Assembly: GCA_036867785.1 (NCBI GenBank)
Contig: CP145417.1
Location: 124,001 to 188,000, forward strand
DNA: 64,000 nucleotides
Source: Plasmodiophora brassicae
Taxonomy: Eukaryota
Direction: 5' to 3'
The notes under the pieces were generated by a model. That model saw nothing but the letters and a program-made list of their open reading frames with translations. It did not search any database and was not told where the DNA came from. This document shows, piece after piece, positions 24,223 through 36,052 of the stretch (position 1 is its first letter; each line of letters opens with the position of its first letter). Both the position numbers and the translations under genes were made by a program.

Positions 24223-24390
24223 TCTCCTACTCCTATTTCAAAGTGGCGGTCGGCCGGTCGACGCCTGCCGTATCCAGGCACAGTCGGCCAAACGTGCGCG
24301 ACTGCAAGCTACCGTCAAACTGCGCCGCAGCGGCACTACTTTGGCCAGCTGTGTTTTGAGCATCCGACGGCGGAATCTGCAGCGCGCTGT

Positions 24391-25283
24391 TCAATGCAGG
24401 TCGTTGCGGACGATGGCCAATCCCATGTCGCCGAGTTCTTTCTCGAGGGCGGCGTGCTCGGCCTCGAGCAGGTCGCGAAGGTTGGCCCGTCGCACCAGCA
24501 GCAGTTCCTTGTTGGCGCAGGCGAGCTCGTCCTTGATCCAGGCCTTCCGGTTCGTTTCTTGCTTGTGGTGGTACGCCTTGTTGTTCCCTTGCCAGACGGC
24601 CCACGCGTCCAGCCGTCGCTGCCTAACGCGAGGGCGTTAACGTCCGTCGTTGCCGATCCCGTTGCGATCGGTCCACCGACAGTTGAACGCTCTGAGCCGC
24701 CTCTCGTAGGCGCGTGTCTTCGAGGATGCGCGCGTTGATGTTGGTTTGGTTTGGTTTGGTTTTATTTGTTTTTCGCGCTTTTTCTTTTTCACGCAGGCGC
24801 CTCGGTCTCGAGTCCGAGGATCGAAGGATCAGCAGCAGAACGCCAACATCCCCCGGCCTGGCAGTGCCGGCCCGTCACCTTTGTACTGGGTTCATCGCGC
24901 CTTGGACGATATCGGAACGGGACGTGATTCGCTCGGACTTGTCGACTGCACTCTTGTCGGACCTCTTTCGCCATACCGCCTATGCCGGGGAGCCGACATA
25001 CACTTGTTACGGGCCGTTCCTTTACCTCCCAGACGCTCAAGCGAGACCCCTAATAGCTCTGGCACTTTGGGCTGCCTGATCAGTAAACACCCCTTCAACA
25101 TTTACGGCTGTTGGTCACCGGGACTTTTTTGGGGGAGTTCGTGCCTCGAACTGGGGACCTTGCGGTCCCGCGACTGCTTGCTGACCTGTTGCTAGTACTC
25201 CTGACCAGCTAGGCCACTGGGGCAGCGCCCGCGTTGATGTTGGCGACCGACCCCGAGTTGTGCCTGCCTCCCGGAAGCGCCAT
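24391..25283 (-). pseudogene. CFAP141: CFAP141-like duplicate disrupted by SINE in exon 1
   Basis: Homologous to 305-698, with a 485-bp insertion. Confidence 0.75.
24745..25229 (-). mobile_element. Full-length tRNA-derived SINE with 14-bp TSD
   Basis: TSD CGCGTTGATGTTGG at 24731-24744 and 25230-25243; A box TGGCCTAGCTGG, B box GTTCGAGGC, (AAACC)n tail. The empty site is visible in copy 1 (~640-660). Confidence 0.9.
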
Positions 25284-25539
25284 GACGGCAGCGCCACAAT
25301 CGTCGATCGAACTGGTACGCTTGGGATCACCGATCGCAGGGCCCGAATTCTACGCTCGTGGCACGGCCGCCTGTGGGTCAGCGCCCTGATGTCGCCTATA
25401 GTACTCTCCTCCCGGGCGGACCGGGCCTCGTCGCTGTCGCCGGGGATGACGGGCACACGACGCCACCAGTGCCAGAACGCTGCTGTGACCTGCAAGAGCG
25501 GTGCTCGCAGGGCGAGCAGCGAGTGATGTATCAGACATT

Positions 25540-26764
25540 TCAGTTCGCGAGTTCGACAGCACGTTTCGCCATCTCGAGCGCTCCTTCGCGTGTCTTGTTG
25601 CCGCCAATGAAACCGGACATGTGGACGAACACACCGCCGGGTACGCCGGTCGCCTAGGACAGGTCGTCGTCACGTAGGCCACGCCAGGCGGCCGGCAGTG
25701 CCCGCCTGGACTCGAATGAGCCCGATTCGACGGGAACCGCCTGAACACGCCAGGAGGCGCCCGACGAGTCCTCGTACACGATGTAGAGGACCGGAGACGA
25801 AACGCCCATCGTCTCCTCCAATGTGTGCAGATGGTCTTTCCAGGGACAGAACTGGTTCAGGACCACGACCCGGCCGGACGGATCGTGCTTGAGCCGGTTC
25901 GCGAGCGCATCCGCAACAATCTGCCGCCCGGGCAGCCAGATGGTCGCCATCTCGCGGACGCGATCGGTGAGTTCGACGCCCACCATCTGCATGGCGGCGT
26001 GGAACCGTTTCAGTTGACCTTCGTCAGTAAACGCTTCGTTCCAGGGCGTGTTCAGACGGCCGACACGCGACGACAGGTCCGTGTTGATGGAATACAGGCG
26101 CGTGAGGCCGCCCGTGTACGACGGGTCGCTCGCACGGTACTGCTCCACGCCATTGTCAATACCGTCGAGTCCTTCGATGAATCCTGGCCGTACTTTAGCG
26201 TTAGAAATGTGGCAATAACATGCACGAGGATACGCTGCCTGTTCACCTGTGTAGATCTTCTGGAACAAGGTCTCCAGGTCGTCATCAGACAGTGCCACCG
26301 GCTTGGACAGAGAGCGAATGACATCCTTGCCGAAGTGCTTGTAGATAAGGCCGGCACTCGACAGTTTCGTCGTGTGCTTCGCGGAGAACGTCTCGAAGAA
26401 GCCTTTCTGGTGATGATCAAAGCGCAGTCGGTCCGGATCGTAGACCTGAGGAGACGTTCAACAAACCCCGATACGTCGAAATCTAGTCCAACCATGCGTA
26501 CGTCGCCGACGTCGACAATAATGGTCAGACGGTCCAGAACGTCGCGATCACGGGTGCGCGTGATCTCAGCGTCTTTGAACTGATCCAGCGTCTTCAGCAT
26601 GAAACACGCCAGAGCCTGTGCGGATCCCACGATTCAGGAAACGGAGGACCAAGCGCTCGCCGCCCCACCCATACCTCATCGCAGTGGAACGCGCCATTGT
26701 GCGTACCGATCGTGGCGGCCGACATCACACCACCCTGACGACAGACCCGTTTCGCGGCCTGCAT
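25540..26764 (-). pseudogene. MYG1: MYG1 duplicate with premature stop
   Basis: AAG->TAG at 25654-25656 removes the conserved FVHMSGFIGG C-terminus. Confidence 0.85.
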
Positions 26765-27031
26765 GAAGTGCGCGTCTTGGCATTCCGCAGTTGCGTGGCC
26801 CACACTCTCGTACCTGCAGCTTCGCGACTGGCGGCCAGGTGCCTCGCCGTAGCCCTTCGCGACGACAAAGGCGATATGCAGTTCACTGAGTCCTGTGCGT
26901 GAAGGCACGCGATACAACACCCGTAGTACTTACGAGGGGGCCGCCAGTCGTGTAACACGCTCACCACCGTGTTGGGCAGGTGTAGCAGAGCTGCGGACTT
27001 TTCCGATCAGGGTGCAGTCACGCAAATTGCA

Positions 27032-28122
27032 ATGTCGACGGCGATGGCGATTGACAGCCGGGCGGGATGGGATCAGGTGCGGGCGGCCTGCAAGGCAGAT
27101 GGCACGCCGCTCGTCGTCCTGTTCTACGCGACGTGGCACGAACCGTCCATGCAAATGCGCGTCGTCGTCGATGAACTTGGCGCCGAGCACCCGGCAATTC
27201 GCTGCGTCTCTGTACGGTTGCGCTGTCGTACTTCTACAACGGCGTCCGGATTGATTCCGAACTAGGTTGATGCCGATGCCGTTGCCGATGTCGCCAGTGG
27301 CCTACGTGTGCAGGCGGTCCCTACGGTGATCACGTTCCTTGGCGACGCCGAGACCGGACGCGTCGAGGGCGCGAACGTGCCGAACGTCGTTCAGCTCGTC
27401 AGCGATGCGTCCAGGCAATCGTCACCGGCGCCTGCTGCCTGTCAACCCAATACCGACTTTCAGCAGCTCGTACGGCGCTGTCGCATCATGCTGTTTATGA
27501 AAGGTTCGCCAGCGGCGCCGCAGTGCGGGTTCAGCCGGTCGATCGTCGACCTGCTGAACTCGAAACGCTGCCCGTATGGGCACTTTGATATCCTGAAGGA
27601 CGAAGACGTTCGTCAGGGACTGAAGACGTTCGCCAACTGGCAGACGTACCCGCAGCTCTGGGTCGATGGCCAGGTACGTCAGAGAGTCTGCGCTCGCAAG
27701 CCGCCTACAGGTTGCTGATCGGCTCTGACGACAGTTGATCGGCGGCCTGGACGTCGTCAGGGAAATGGATGCGGACGGCGACCTCGACGCGCTGCTGGGC
27801 GAGGCACCGGCCAAGTCGTTGGACGATCGTTTGAAATCGTTGATCACGTCGTCGCCGGTGATGCTGTTCATGAAAGGGTCGCCGACGGAGCCCCGATGCG
27901 GGTTCAGCAAGCGCATCGTGGACATCCTCACCGAGCGGCGCTGCCGCGTTCGGGCACTTTGACATTCTGCAGGACAACGACGTGCGCGAAGGCCTGAAGG
28001 CGTACTCGAACTGGCCGACCTACCCGCAACTGTACGTCAACGGCGCGCTCCTCGGCGGCCTCGACATCGTCACCGAGCTGGCCGACAGCGGCGAGCTCGA
28101 CGATGCGCTGTCTGCCGCATGA
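27032..28122 (+). pseudogene. GLRX3: Glutaredoxin duplicate with +1 frameshift in the second Grx domain
   Basis: TGCCGCGTTC here vs TGCCCGTTC in copy 1 (extra G near 27946). Confidence 0.8.
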
Positions 28123-28237
28123 CCAAACGGGAATACATCACTCCAGGTCAGTGGGATACTACATAGATCGCCAACAGGTACCTGTGGGCGGTGCCTACCT
28201 ACGTGTGACAGCAGCGGGGCGAGAGTCTCTCCACATC

Positions 28238-30632
28238 ATGGCGGCCCCGGCCAAGTACGTCATCCCAGGTGCCATCGCCGAGGAGTCCAGCGACTGCGAG
28301 GAGAGCCACGATGACGTCGGGTTCGCTCTGCCGATGGCGTCGTCGTCGCCCCGGCAGGGCCATCACCCACGCCAGCGCCCGTCCATGTACGCCTTCTCGT
28401 ACCGGACCATGTTCCTGGCCTGCCTGGCCAGCAACGAGCCCGAGAAGGCGGTCGACATCGTCACGATCGCGCACGGCGCCGAATGGAACTTCCTGTACCA
28501 GGAGACGGGCCTGTCGCCGCTCTGTGCGGTCGTCGACCCGGCGGCATCGGAGCTCGACCCGCGCGCCATGCACGCCGTCGTCGATGCGCTCGTTGCACAC
28601 GGCGCCCGACTCGACTGGCCGCCGTCGTCACCGTCCCTGCAGGCGTCCCGATTCCACATTGCATTCGTCGCCGTACGCGCCTGCGTTCGAACGTGACCGC
28701 CACACGTCTCTGAGAACACTGCCAGGCGTCCTATGGGATCCGCGACGTCGTCGAACTCGTCCTGGACCTGGGGTACCCGGTCAACGCCACGTCGCCGGTC
28801 CCGGTGGACGACACGGCGCCGAACCTGTTCGCCACGCTGGCCCATGCGGCGGCCAGCTCCGGGTCCATCCAGTGCATCGGTACGTGTCGACATCGCTGAT
28901 GGTGGATCCCTCTGACCCGATCGCGGCACGGGCAGAGCTCCTGCTGCACCGGGGCGCCGACTTCACCGCCGCCGACGGGTACGGCCGGACGCCATTGCAC
29001 ACGATGCTGTACACGGCGCCGGACGACTCGATCGGCGACGTCCTGCTGCAGTGCGGGAACGACGCGTTCCAGGTGGACCACCTGGGGAACTCGGCGTTCG
29101 CCATGGCCGTTGCCGTCTGCCCCGACCTGGCGCGGTCCATGCTGACGGCGCGCAGCGTGTACCAGAAGCAGGCGGGGTCGGGGGCCATCTGGAAGCACGA
29201 CTTCCGGCGCCTGTTCGTCGACGAGACGGCGCAGCCGCTCACGTTCCGCGTGTTTGGCGAAGCGACGTCCAGGACAGGCGCTGCTGTCCAGCCGGTGCCC
29301 TCGGCAAGCGCCGTCGTGACCCCTCCCGGGCAGCGCCTGTCCGCCCTGGCGCTGATCCTGCGTCACGACCAGAAGGACCTACTGTCGACGCCCATCGTCA
29401 AGTCGTACCTGCACGAGGGATGGTGCGTTGTCGCCCGCCGGATCTGGGTCACCGAGGTCGTCGAGTACACCGTCTTCGTGCTCAGCTTCCTCGCGCAGTG
29501 CCACACGTGGCCCACCGTTGCCGACCTGGCCGCCGGCGCCGCCCTCCAGTGGTACTCGTACGTCCTGTACTTCCTCAGTAAGGCGTCGTGGCCCGGCCCC
29601 CCGGCGATCCCATCGTGGCTGACGCGTCTGCACAGTCCTGCTCCTGTCGGCGCGATCGAACAGCAGGACGGCGCGCACCGTGCTGGTGTTGGGCCTGCGA
29701 ACCTGGATCCGATCGATCTGGAACGTCGCCGCCCTGCTGCTGCAGTCGTCCCTGGCGTTCATCCTGATCGCCCAGCTGGTCGTCATCTGCGGCTGGGCGT
29801 CGGCCTGGACCGCCTATTGGGTGAACGCCACCGCCGTCGTGCAGGTCCTGTTCGGCGTCCGGTTCCTGCGGTTCGCCTGCGTCCCGAAGATGACGGGCGC
29901 GCTGGTCGCCATGGTCGTCATCATGTTGGACGACGTCGCCCGGTTCTTCGCCTTCTTCCTGGCGTTCTACGTGCCGTTCACGAACGCCTATAACTATCTG
30001 CTCTTCCGGGAGAACGTTACCATCGAGTATCACAACGTGGCCATGCTGCTCTTCCGATGGATATTTGGAGGTCGGGCGTCAACGCTGCGCTGTGGGTATC
30101 GTTGACGCTCATTGCGTCTACGTAGGCGCCGATTACTCCATATTCAAGGACAACCTAGCGCCCGGCAATGTCGACATGGCGCAGTCCATGTTCATCCTGT
30201 ACCTGGTCACCGTTGTCATCGTCCTGATCAATATCCTGGTCGGTGCCGGTCGGCCGTGCGTGCCTGTTGCGCTGACCGACCGCGATGGCGCAGGCCGCTC
30301 TGCTGACCAACACGTTCAACGCGGTCGTCGAGTCGTCCGACCTCGAGTACATGAAGGCGTTCGCTAGTGCGTTCCTGGAGCTGTCCTGCCTCGCGCCGCG
30401 AACATCGATCGGCCTGTTCCATCGGCACCTGCTGGACAGCAACCTGAAGCCGATCTTCGCCGACAAGCCCAGCGCCGGCGAATCGAACTGGGCGCGCCTC
30501 GTCAAGTCGCGCCTGGACCGGATGCTCTCCCAGCAGAGCGAGCTCGCATCGTCCGTCAAGCAACTTCGTATGCGGGGCCATGCCCAGGGTAGCCGGACGC
30601 CCAGCCTGGACAAGTCGTCCACCGTTATATAA
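28238..30632 (+). CDS. Ankyrin-TRP channel copy 3, apparently open
   Basis: Same motifs and introns as copy 1; only in-frame indels seen until the uncertain 3' end. Confidence 0.7.
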
Positions 30633-30873
30633 CAAGCAAATGCTTCCGGCGTACCCAATTGCAGGGCCCTCTGGTGCGGACGTCTGGCTCGTGGGTCGTT
30701 TCACAGGTGGCAGGCAGCAGCCGTCGGTGTCCAAATATGTAAGGGGGCGTCCTGGCTTCGTCCGAACGGCGAACCCGGGACACATCATGAGTCGTGTGCT
30801 CGTGTCGTGCGGTTTCCGATGTCTGAGGAAGGTGTCCCAAGTGTCAGGGGTTACAGCCCCTCTTCAGTGAACG

Positions 30874-31448
30874 GAGGGGAGGGGGGAGGGGGCTGCCCCA
30901 GTGACCTGGTTGGTCAAGCGAGCAGTCGTGGAACCGCAAGGTCCACAGTTCGAGGCACGAACTCTCTATGGAAATTCGTGGAGCAAGCAGTGACCTGGTT
31001 GGTCAAGCAAGCAGTCGTGGAACCGCAAGGTCCACAGTTCGAGGCACGAACTCTCCAAAAAAAATGTCCGGTACCCAACAGCCGCGAGTGTTGAAGGGGT
31101 GATCTACTGATCAGGCAGCCCAAAGTGCCAGAGCAATAAGGGTCTCGATTGAGCGTCTGGGGAGGTAAACGAACGGCCCGCAACTCAAGGTATGTCGGCA
31201 TCCCGGATCCCGGCATAGACGGTATGGCGACGAAGTTCGACAACGTGCAGTTGACAAGTCCGAGCGAATCACGTCCCGTTCCGATATCGTCCAGGCGCGA
31301 AGAACCCAGTACAAAGATGATGGGCCGCCACTGCCAGGCCGGGGGACGTTGGCGTTCTGCTGGCTGAACCTTCGGTCCTCGGACATGAGACCGAGTCGCC
31401 TGCGTGAAAAGCGCGAAGCACAAATAAACTAAACTAACTAAACTAACT
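30874..31448 (+). mobile_element. SINE copy with two head units
   Basis: Same body and AAACT tail; preceded by CCTCTTCAGTGAACG and a G-rich tract. Confidence 0.8.
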
Positions 31449-31648
31449 CGGACGTTTTGGCGTGCCTCACAGTGCACAAAGCAGAGAGTCTGTACCGTCA
31501 CACGATCTATCCACGCCCACAAGGGGCCATTGTTCCGCGTGACATGCGACCGGACGGGAAGACGGATTGTTGTATCGAACTGAAAAGCCCGAGAGAGTGG
31601 CGGCCTGACGATGACGACAAGCGATGGTGTGCGGGTGACCGAGGAGAA

Positions 31649-33973
31649 TCATCGCCGGGCAATGAAGCCATTGTCCGCAGCATTCTGCTGGAACTCATTG
31701 TGCAAGTCGACCAGGAATTCGTGGACGCTCGGCGATACGATGCGTTGGGCGGGCTCCGGTGCCGACATGTTGTGCGCTATCATCTCCAGGTGGCAAAGAA
31801 CGTCGTCAAACTTGTGGGGAACGTCAGGGCGCCTCCACACCTCGTCCTGAGCACAGGACAGGAAATACGCCGCTGTACGACCCAGGCTCCACATGTCGGA
31901 GGCCGCCGAATAGACGCCGGCGTCCAGCGCTTCCGGCGCGATGTACCCTTGGGTACCGGCACCGGGTCGCATCTCCACGCCCGTCTGCGGGTCGTCCACA
32001 CGGCACGCCAGATCGAAATCGGTCACCCGCCAACCTTGCACGGCGACGCTGTACATGATGTTGTTCGGGTTAATGTCGCGGTGGACAATGCCGGCGCGAG
32101 ATAACGTGCCGAGTGCGGCCAAGCCGTCGATAAAGAAGCGCACAAGCACCAAGCCGATGTCGTTAACTGACAACTGCCCGAAATCGACGTCTTCGAGGCG
32201 CTCTTCAACAAGAACAACGCCGCCGCCGTTGCTGCGCGGCAAGGCGATGGACCCGAACAGGCGTGCGACGCCGTCGCCCTGCGAGTCCCGCATGAGCGCG
32301 GGCTCTTCGGCGGCGCTGCCCATCTTCTGTTTGACGGCGAGGTCATCGACGAGCGCGACAGACGCAGCTTGGCGAGTACGACTTGGTCCGTCGGAGCGTC
32401 CGCGTTTGCGCGGTGGACGACCAGAAGAACTCGTGCGCGGACTCCCTGATTTTTTCGCCGGCGTCCGCTGCGAATGTGGCCGCTTCGCCGTGGATGGCCG
32501 CGATGACGGTGGGGGGCCAAACGATGTCGGGTACGGAAACACGTCCTCGACGTCGCCATGCGACAGCATCGCGTGGTAGACACTGGCCTGACGACGCACG
32601 GCGTCGCAAAAGGAGGACAATGAGCGGAGCCGGTTCAGGACGTCGGCTTGTTGCGGCGCCGGATCAGGAGGGGGTCTTGTGCGAGCGACTGCAGAGGCGG
32701 CCGATGCGACGCGATGCGCCAACTCCGTGAGGAACGCCTCATTGTCGCGGTCCAACGACTGCGGCGCCTCAATGTCGCTGTAGACACCCTGGAGCTGCAC
32801 TGCTTCATGCGAAGGCGTCCGTACGAACGATCGCCAGGTCGGGTCGCAGCGAGCAACGAACGACACACGGCCCGCATCGTGGTCGTTATCAAAAATCGGA
32901 ATCATGACAACTGGCTGGAATTGGAACGCGCCGACAAGCAACCCGAACTGGCGCAAGCTGCTCCGTTCGCCGACAGGACGACGTCGAACAGAACCGATGC
33001 GTGCAAGCAGCGTCACCGCCATCATGACGAGCAATTTGCGGAAATCCTTATGATCTTCTTCGTTCCCGACGGCGTGCGCCGATACCTCGACCAGAAGCAG
33101 AGGCAGCTGCCGTGCTCTGGCGACACGATCCTCATCGTTGTTATCCGGAGCCAGCATGCACGCGTAGTCAGCGAACTGCGGGGAGTACCCTTCAATCACG
33201 CCGGCCATAGACAGCTCCAACACCGACGTCAACAGCGGTTTGGTCAGCGGACGCAGCAATGCGTTAAGGAGCCGGTCCCATAAGCGGCAGTGGAACTGCA
33301 GCTCTTGGCGCTCGCCGCTCAGTGTTGATTGCTGAAACTCGACGACGACACCGATGGCGACCTCCCGACAGTACCGGACGTACTGATTCTTGATGATATC
33401 ACCACCGTTGTTGACGTCGAGCGACCGCTTGACCATGCGCGATGGGAACCAGTCTTCGTCTGGCAGCAACGCCATCATTGTGTCGCCGTCTCCTGAGACC
33501 TCGTTCTGCCAGGCGATGCTCCCATACGCGTCACGGTTGAAGTTGGGAACCAGCTGCTGCAGCGCATAGTCTGAGACGACGCCAAATTGCGACAGGGAAT
33601 ATGCCCGAGACAGGGACGCCAATGGGAACTTATTGCGCTGCATGGACGGCCTCAACTTGTTATACTCGTGGGCGGCGGTGTCGGACGCAGCGGCTGCCAG
33701 ATCACCACGACGGTACTGCGGTGGCAAGGCAGGTATATCGGCAGCGGCCCGCAGTCGGTCGTTGTACATCTGAATTAGCATGTTGGCGTGCTGTTCGGAC
33801 CGCCGATCAGCGGGCAAAACCGCCATCGCTTGAAGATACAGCCAAGTTTGGTCCATGTCGACGCGTGGGCTTTCACGACCGAAGGCGACGACCCGCATTA
33901 GTTCATCGATACACTCGTTGAGCCATGATGACGAGGAGGGCGACAGCGGTGCCGACGACGACGATGACGCCAT
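31649..33973 (-). CDS. REase-like + kinase, copy 3 (774 aa)
   Basis: Intact ORF, near-identical to copy 2. Confidence 0.85.
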   Translation of the reverse strand: MASSSSSAPLSPSSSSWLNECIDELMRVVAFGRESPRVDMDQTWLYLQAMAVLPADRRSEQHANMLIQMYNDRLRAAADIPALPPQYRRGDLAAAASDTAAHEYNKLRPSMQRNKFPLASLSRAYSLSQFGVVSDYALQQLVPNFNRDAYGSIAWQNEVSGDGDTMMALLPDEDWFPSRMVKRSLDVNNGGDIIKNQYVRYCREVAIGVVVEFQQSTLSGERQELQFHCRLWDRLLNALLRPLTKPLLTSVLELSMAGVIEGYSPQFADYACMLAPDNNDEDRVARARQLPLLLVEVSAHAVGNEEDHKDFRKLLVMMAVTLLARIGSVRRRPVGERSSLRQFGLLVGAFQFQPVVMIPIFDNDHDAGRVSFVARCDPTWRSFVRTPSHEAVQLQGVYSDIEAPQSLDRDNEAFLTELAHRVASAASAVARTRPPPDPAPQQADVLNRLRSLSSFCDAVRRQASVYHAMLSHGDVEDVFPYPTSFGPPPSSRPSTAKRPHSQRTPAKKSGSPRTSSSGRPPRKRGRSDGPSRTRQAASVALVDDLAVKQKMGSAAEEPALMRDSQGDGVARLFGSIALPRSNGGGVVLVEERLEDVDFGQLSVNDIGLVLVRFFIDGLAALGTLSRAGIVHRDINPNNIMYSVAVQGWRVTDFDLACRVDDPQTGVEMRPGAGTQGYIAPEALDAGVYSAASDMWSLGRTAAYFLSCAQDEVWRRPDVPHKFDDVLCHLEMIAHNMSAPEPAQRIVSPSVHEFLVDLHNEFQQNAADNGFIARR

Positions 33974-36052
33974 TGATGATGATGATGCGTTGCGGAATGC
34001 GCAATGGCCAAGTCCGTGGAGCGAGCAGCCTCTCCGAGAACACGCGCGTTGTACGTGGCTCGCAAACTGACGGGACTATGGACGACGTGGAGTCGGGTCT
34101 GGTCCCGGAATATTCACGCAACCCTGGATGACTTACATGGCGCTCGGACGCTCCAGGAACGGCCTCATTCGCTCATCGTGCGTGCGCAGCACCGAGGTCG
34201 ACGCGCACGCGCAGATGTCCCGTCGGGCTAGCTCCAACAACATGTCGCTGCGATACGCCGACAATACCAGGATCGGCTCATTTCATGGCCGCCCGACATG
34301 CTGTTGTCTTCTACATCACACGGCAGGTCGTCCCTGACGACGCGCCTGCCTGCACCTGGGTCGACTTCGCCGCCGACCAGTGACATTCCCCAACAGACCC
34401 AATACGATCTCAACACGTCCTTCTGGACGCTTGACTTCGCGCGCGTCATCGAACTCATTAGCCGCATGTAACACGTCGCGTCAAGCACGTCTGGGAGGAT
34501 GCCCTGCACCTCGCCGCCGGGTACGAATCGTCGCCTCAGGCACTGACCCAGGCCGTCTAACTCGTACTGCTGGACAGGGTACGCCTGCTGTCGCCTGCCA
34601 TCTCCCGTCCAGCATCAGCCGCAGCGGGGCAGCGGCGTCCTGCCTTGCCTGGCCGGGTCCAGCACCGCGCTGGCCTGATCCTCAGCGGAGGTGGCGACCT
34701 GGCCACCCGCCGGTCGCTGCGATCGGTCTGGCGCGCCCTGACCTGCACCATGCATCGATGTGTGTGCCGAACCACCAAGAGCGCCACAGAGGTCGCCGTC
34801 CGTCCGCCTGGCGAGCGTCGCTTGCCTGTCCTGCAGATCGTCCCGCAGACCAGCGGTGCCCAGCGCCTGTTGCCGCCGGTCGACATGCGAACGCGTGCCT
34901 GCCGTCGAAGACCCGCCGCCATCCCGGCCGTCACATCTTCACCTGTTGAACCGTTCAATACAAGCAGACGAAGTCTACACGTTCGTGTCCCGCGCCTGCA
35001 TGTCGTCCTGGCGTCAGCCGGCACCGAGCGGCAGCGTTCGAAGAAAACGGTGCAGGGGGGACGGGGCCCGTTGCCGGGCATGGGCTCCGTCGTCTCCCGC
35101 CACCTGCCGGTCGATCACGGCAAACTATGGCCGATCAGACCACTCCAGCGACGTAAGCAGGTCGTGCATGGCCGCGGGTAAGCAGGTCGGGCATGGCCGC
35201 GGGCAGGTACAACAGTACCTGTCACCCGATTTCCAGGCGGAGTGAACTTGCCAAGAAAGTCAAGCTATCCTCGCATTTCAGTCTTCATGGCGGATGTACA
35301 CAGCTACACGCGCCTTTGTTGTCTTGTCCGCCGATGAAATGACTGTGTATGTTTGGTCTACACTGTCCAAGTATAATTAAAATAATTACTGTAATTACAA
35401 CATGAATTAACGTAATTACGTAATTAAGATCGGCCCAGGCCGTAATTAAACCGCCCTGCCGACATCCCCTGAGTCTGACAGTAGGACGCAAAGCGCCAGT
35501 GTCCCGCCCTGGCCGATTTGGATGGCGAACGAACCCCGTTACCGTTCCACGCAACGACGGTGGTGCCGCACGTGACATGCGTGCGCCAGCGGTTCGATCA
35601 GGAGCCGAAGGTGGATCTTTCAAAATACGTAGCGCACTGGTGTTGGTTGGCTGATCGGATCGGTTTACTCGTTGAACACAGGGATCGCTGGATTGGCGTC
35701 GCGGAAGACCCCGCCGTTGTGTGGCCACCCACTCACGCAGTCCTTTCGACAGCGCGCGCTGAAAACGTTCCAGTGCCCGTGCCCTAGCCACGACATTGAC
35801 GTCGACCTTGAGCTGATAATATATATGGCGACGTGCAAAACCGGCATCAAAACGTTCTCTGCCCATCTCGACAGCGTCGTGTCCTCAAATTCGCCCTCGT
35901 TGTCGACGACGTCGTCAGACTCATTGTCCGTTGAAACATCCCAGGCGGAGACTGTCACGATCAGGCAAGCTGATGCAACGAACGCTTTGACGGACTGGCG
36001 AAGTCCGTCGCGGGGTTCGGGATTTATTCAGTTATCACAGAATAGTCCTCTT

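Noticed and set aside
25140-25229. tRNA gene
   Set aside because: A and B boxes are present, but no full cloverleaf was seen and it lies inside a TSD-flanked SINE.
28269-29993. 574-aa ORF (also 12446-13909) as a separate gene
   Set aside because: Composite of off-frame sequence, introns and one TRP exon; GC-rich DNA leaves many spurious open frames.
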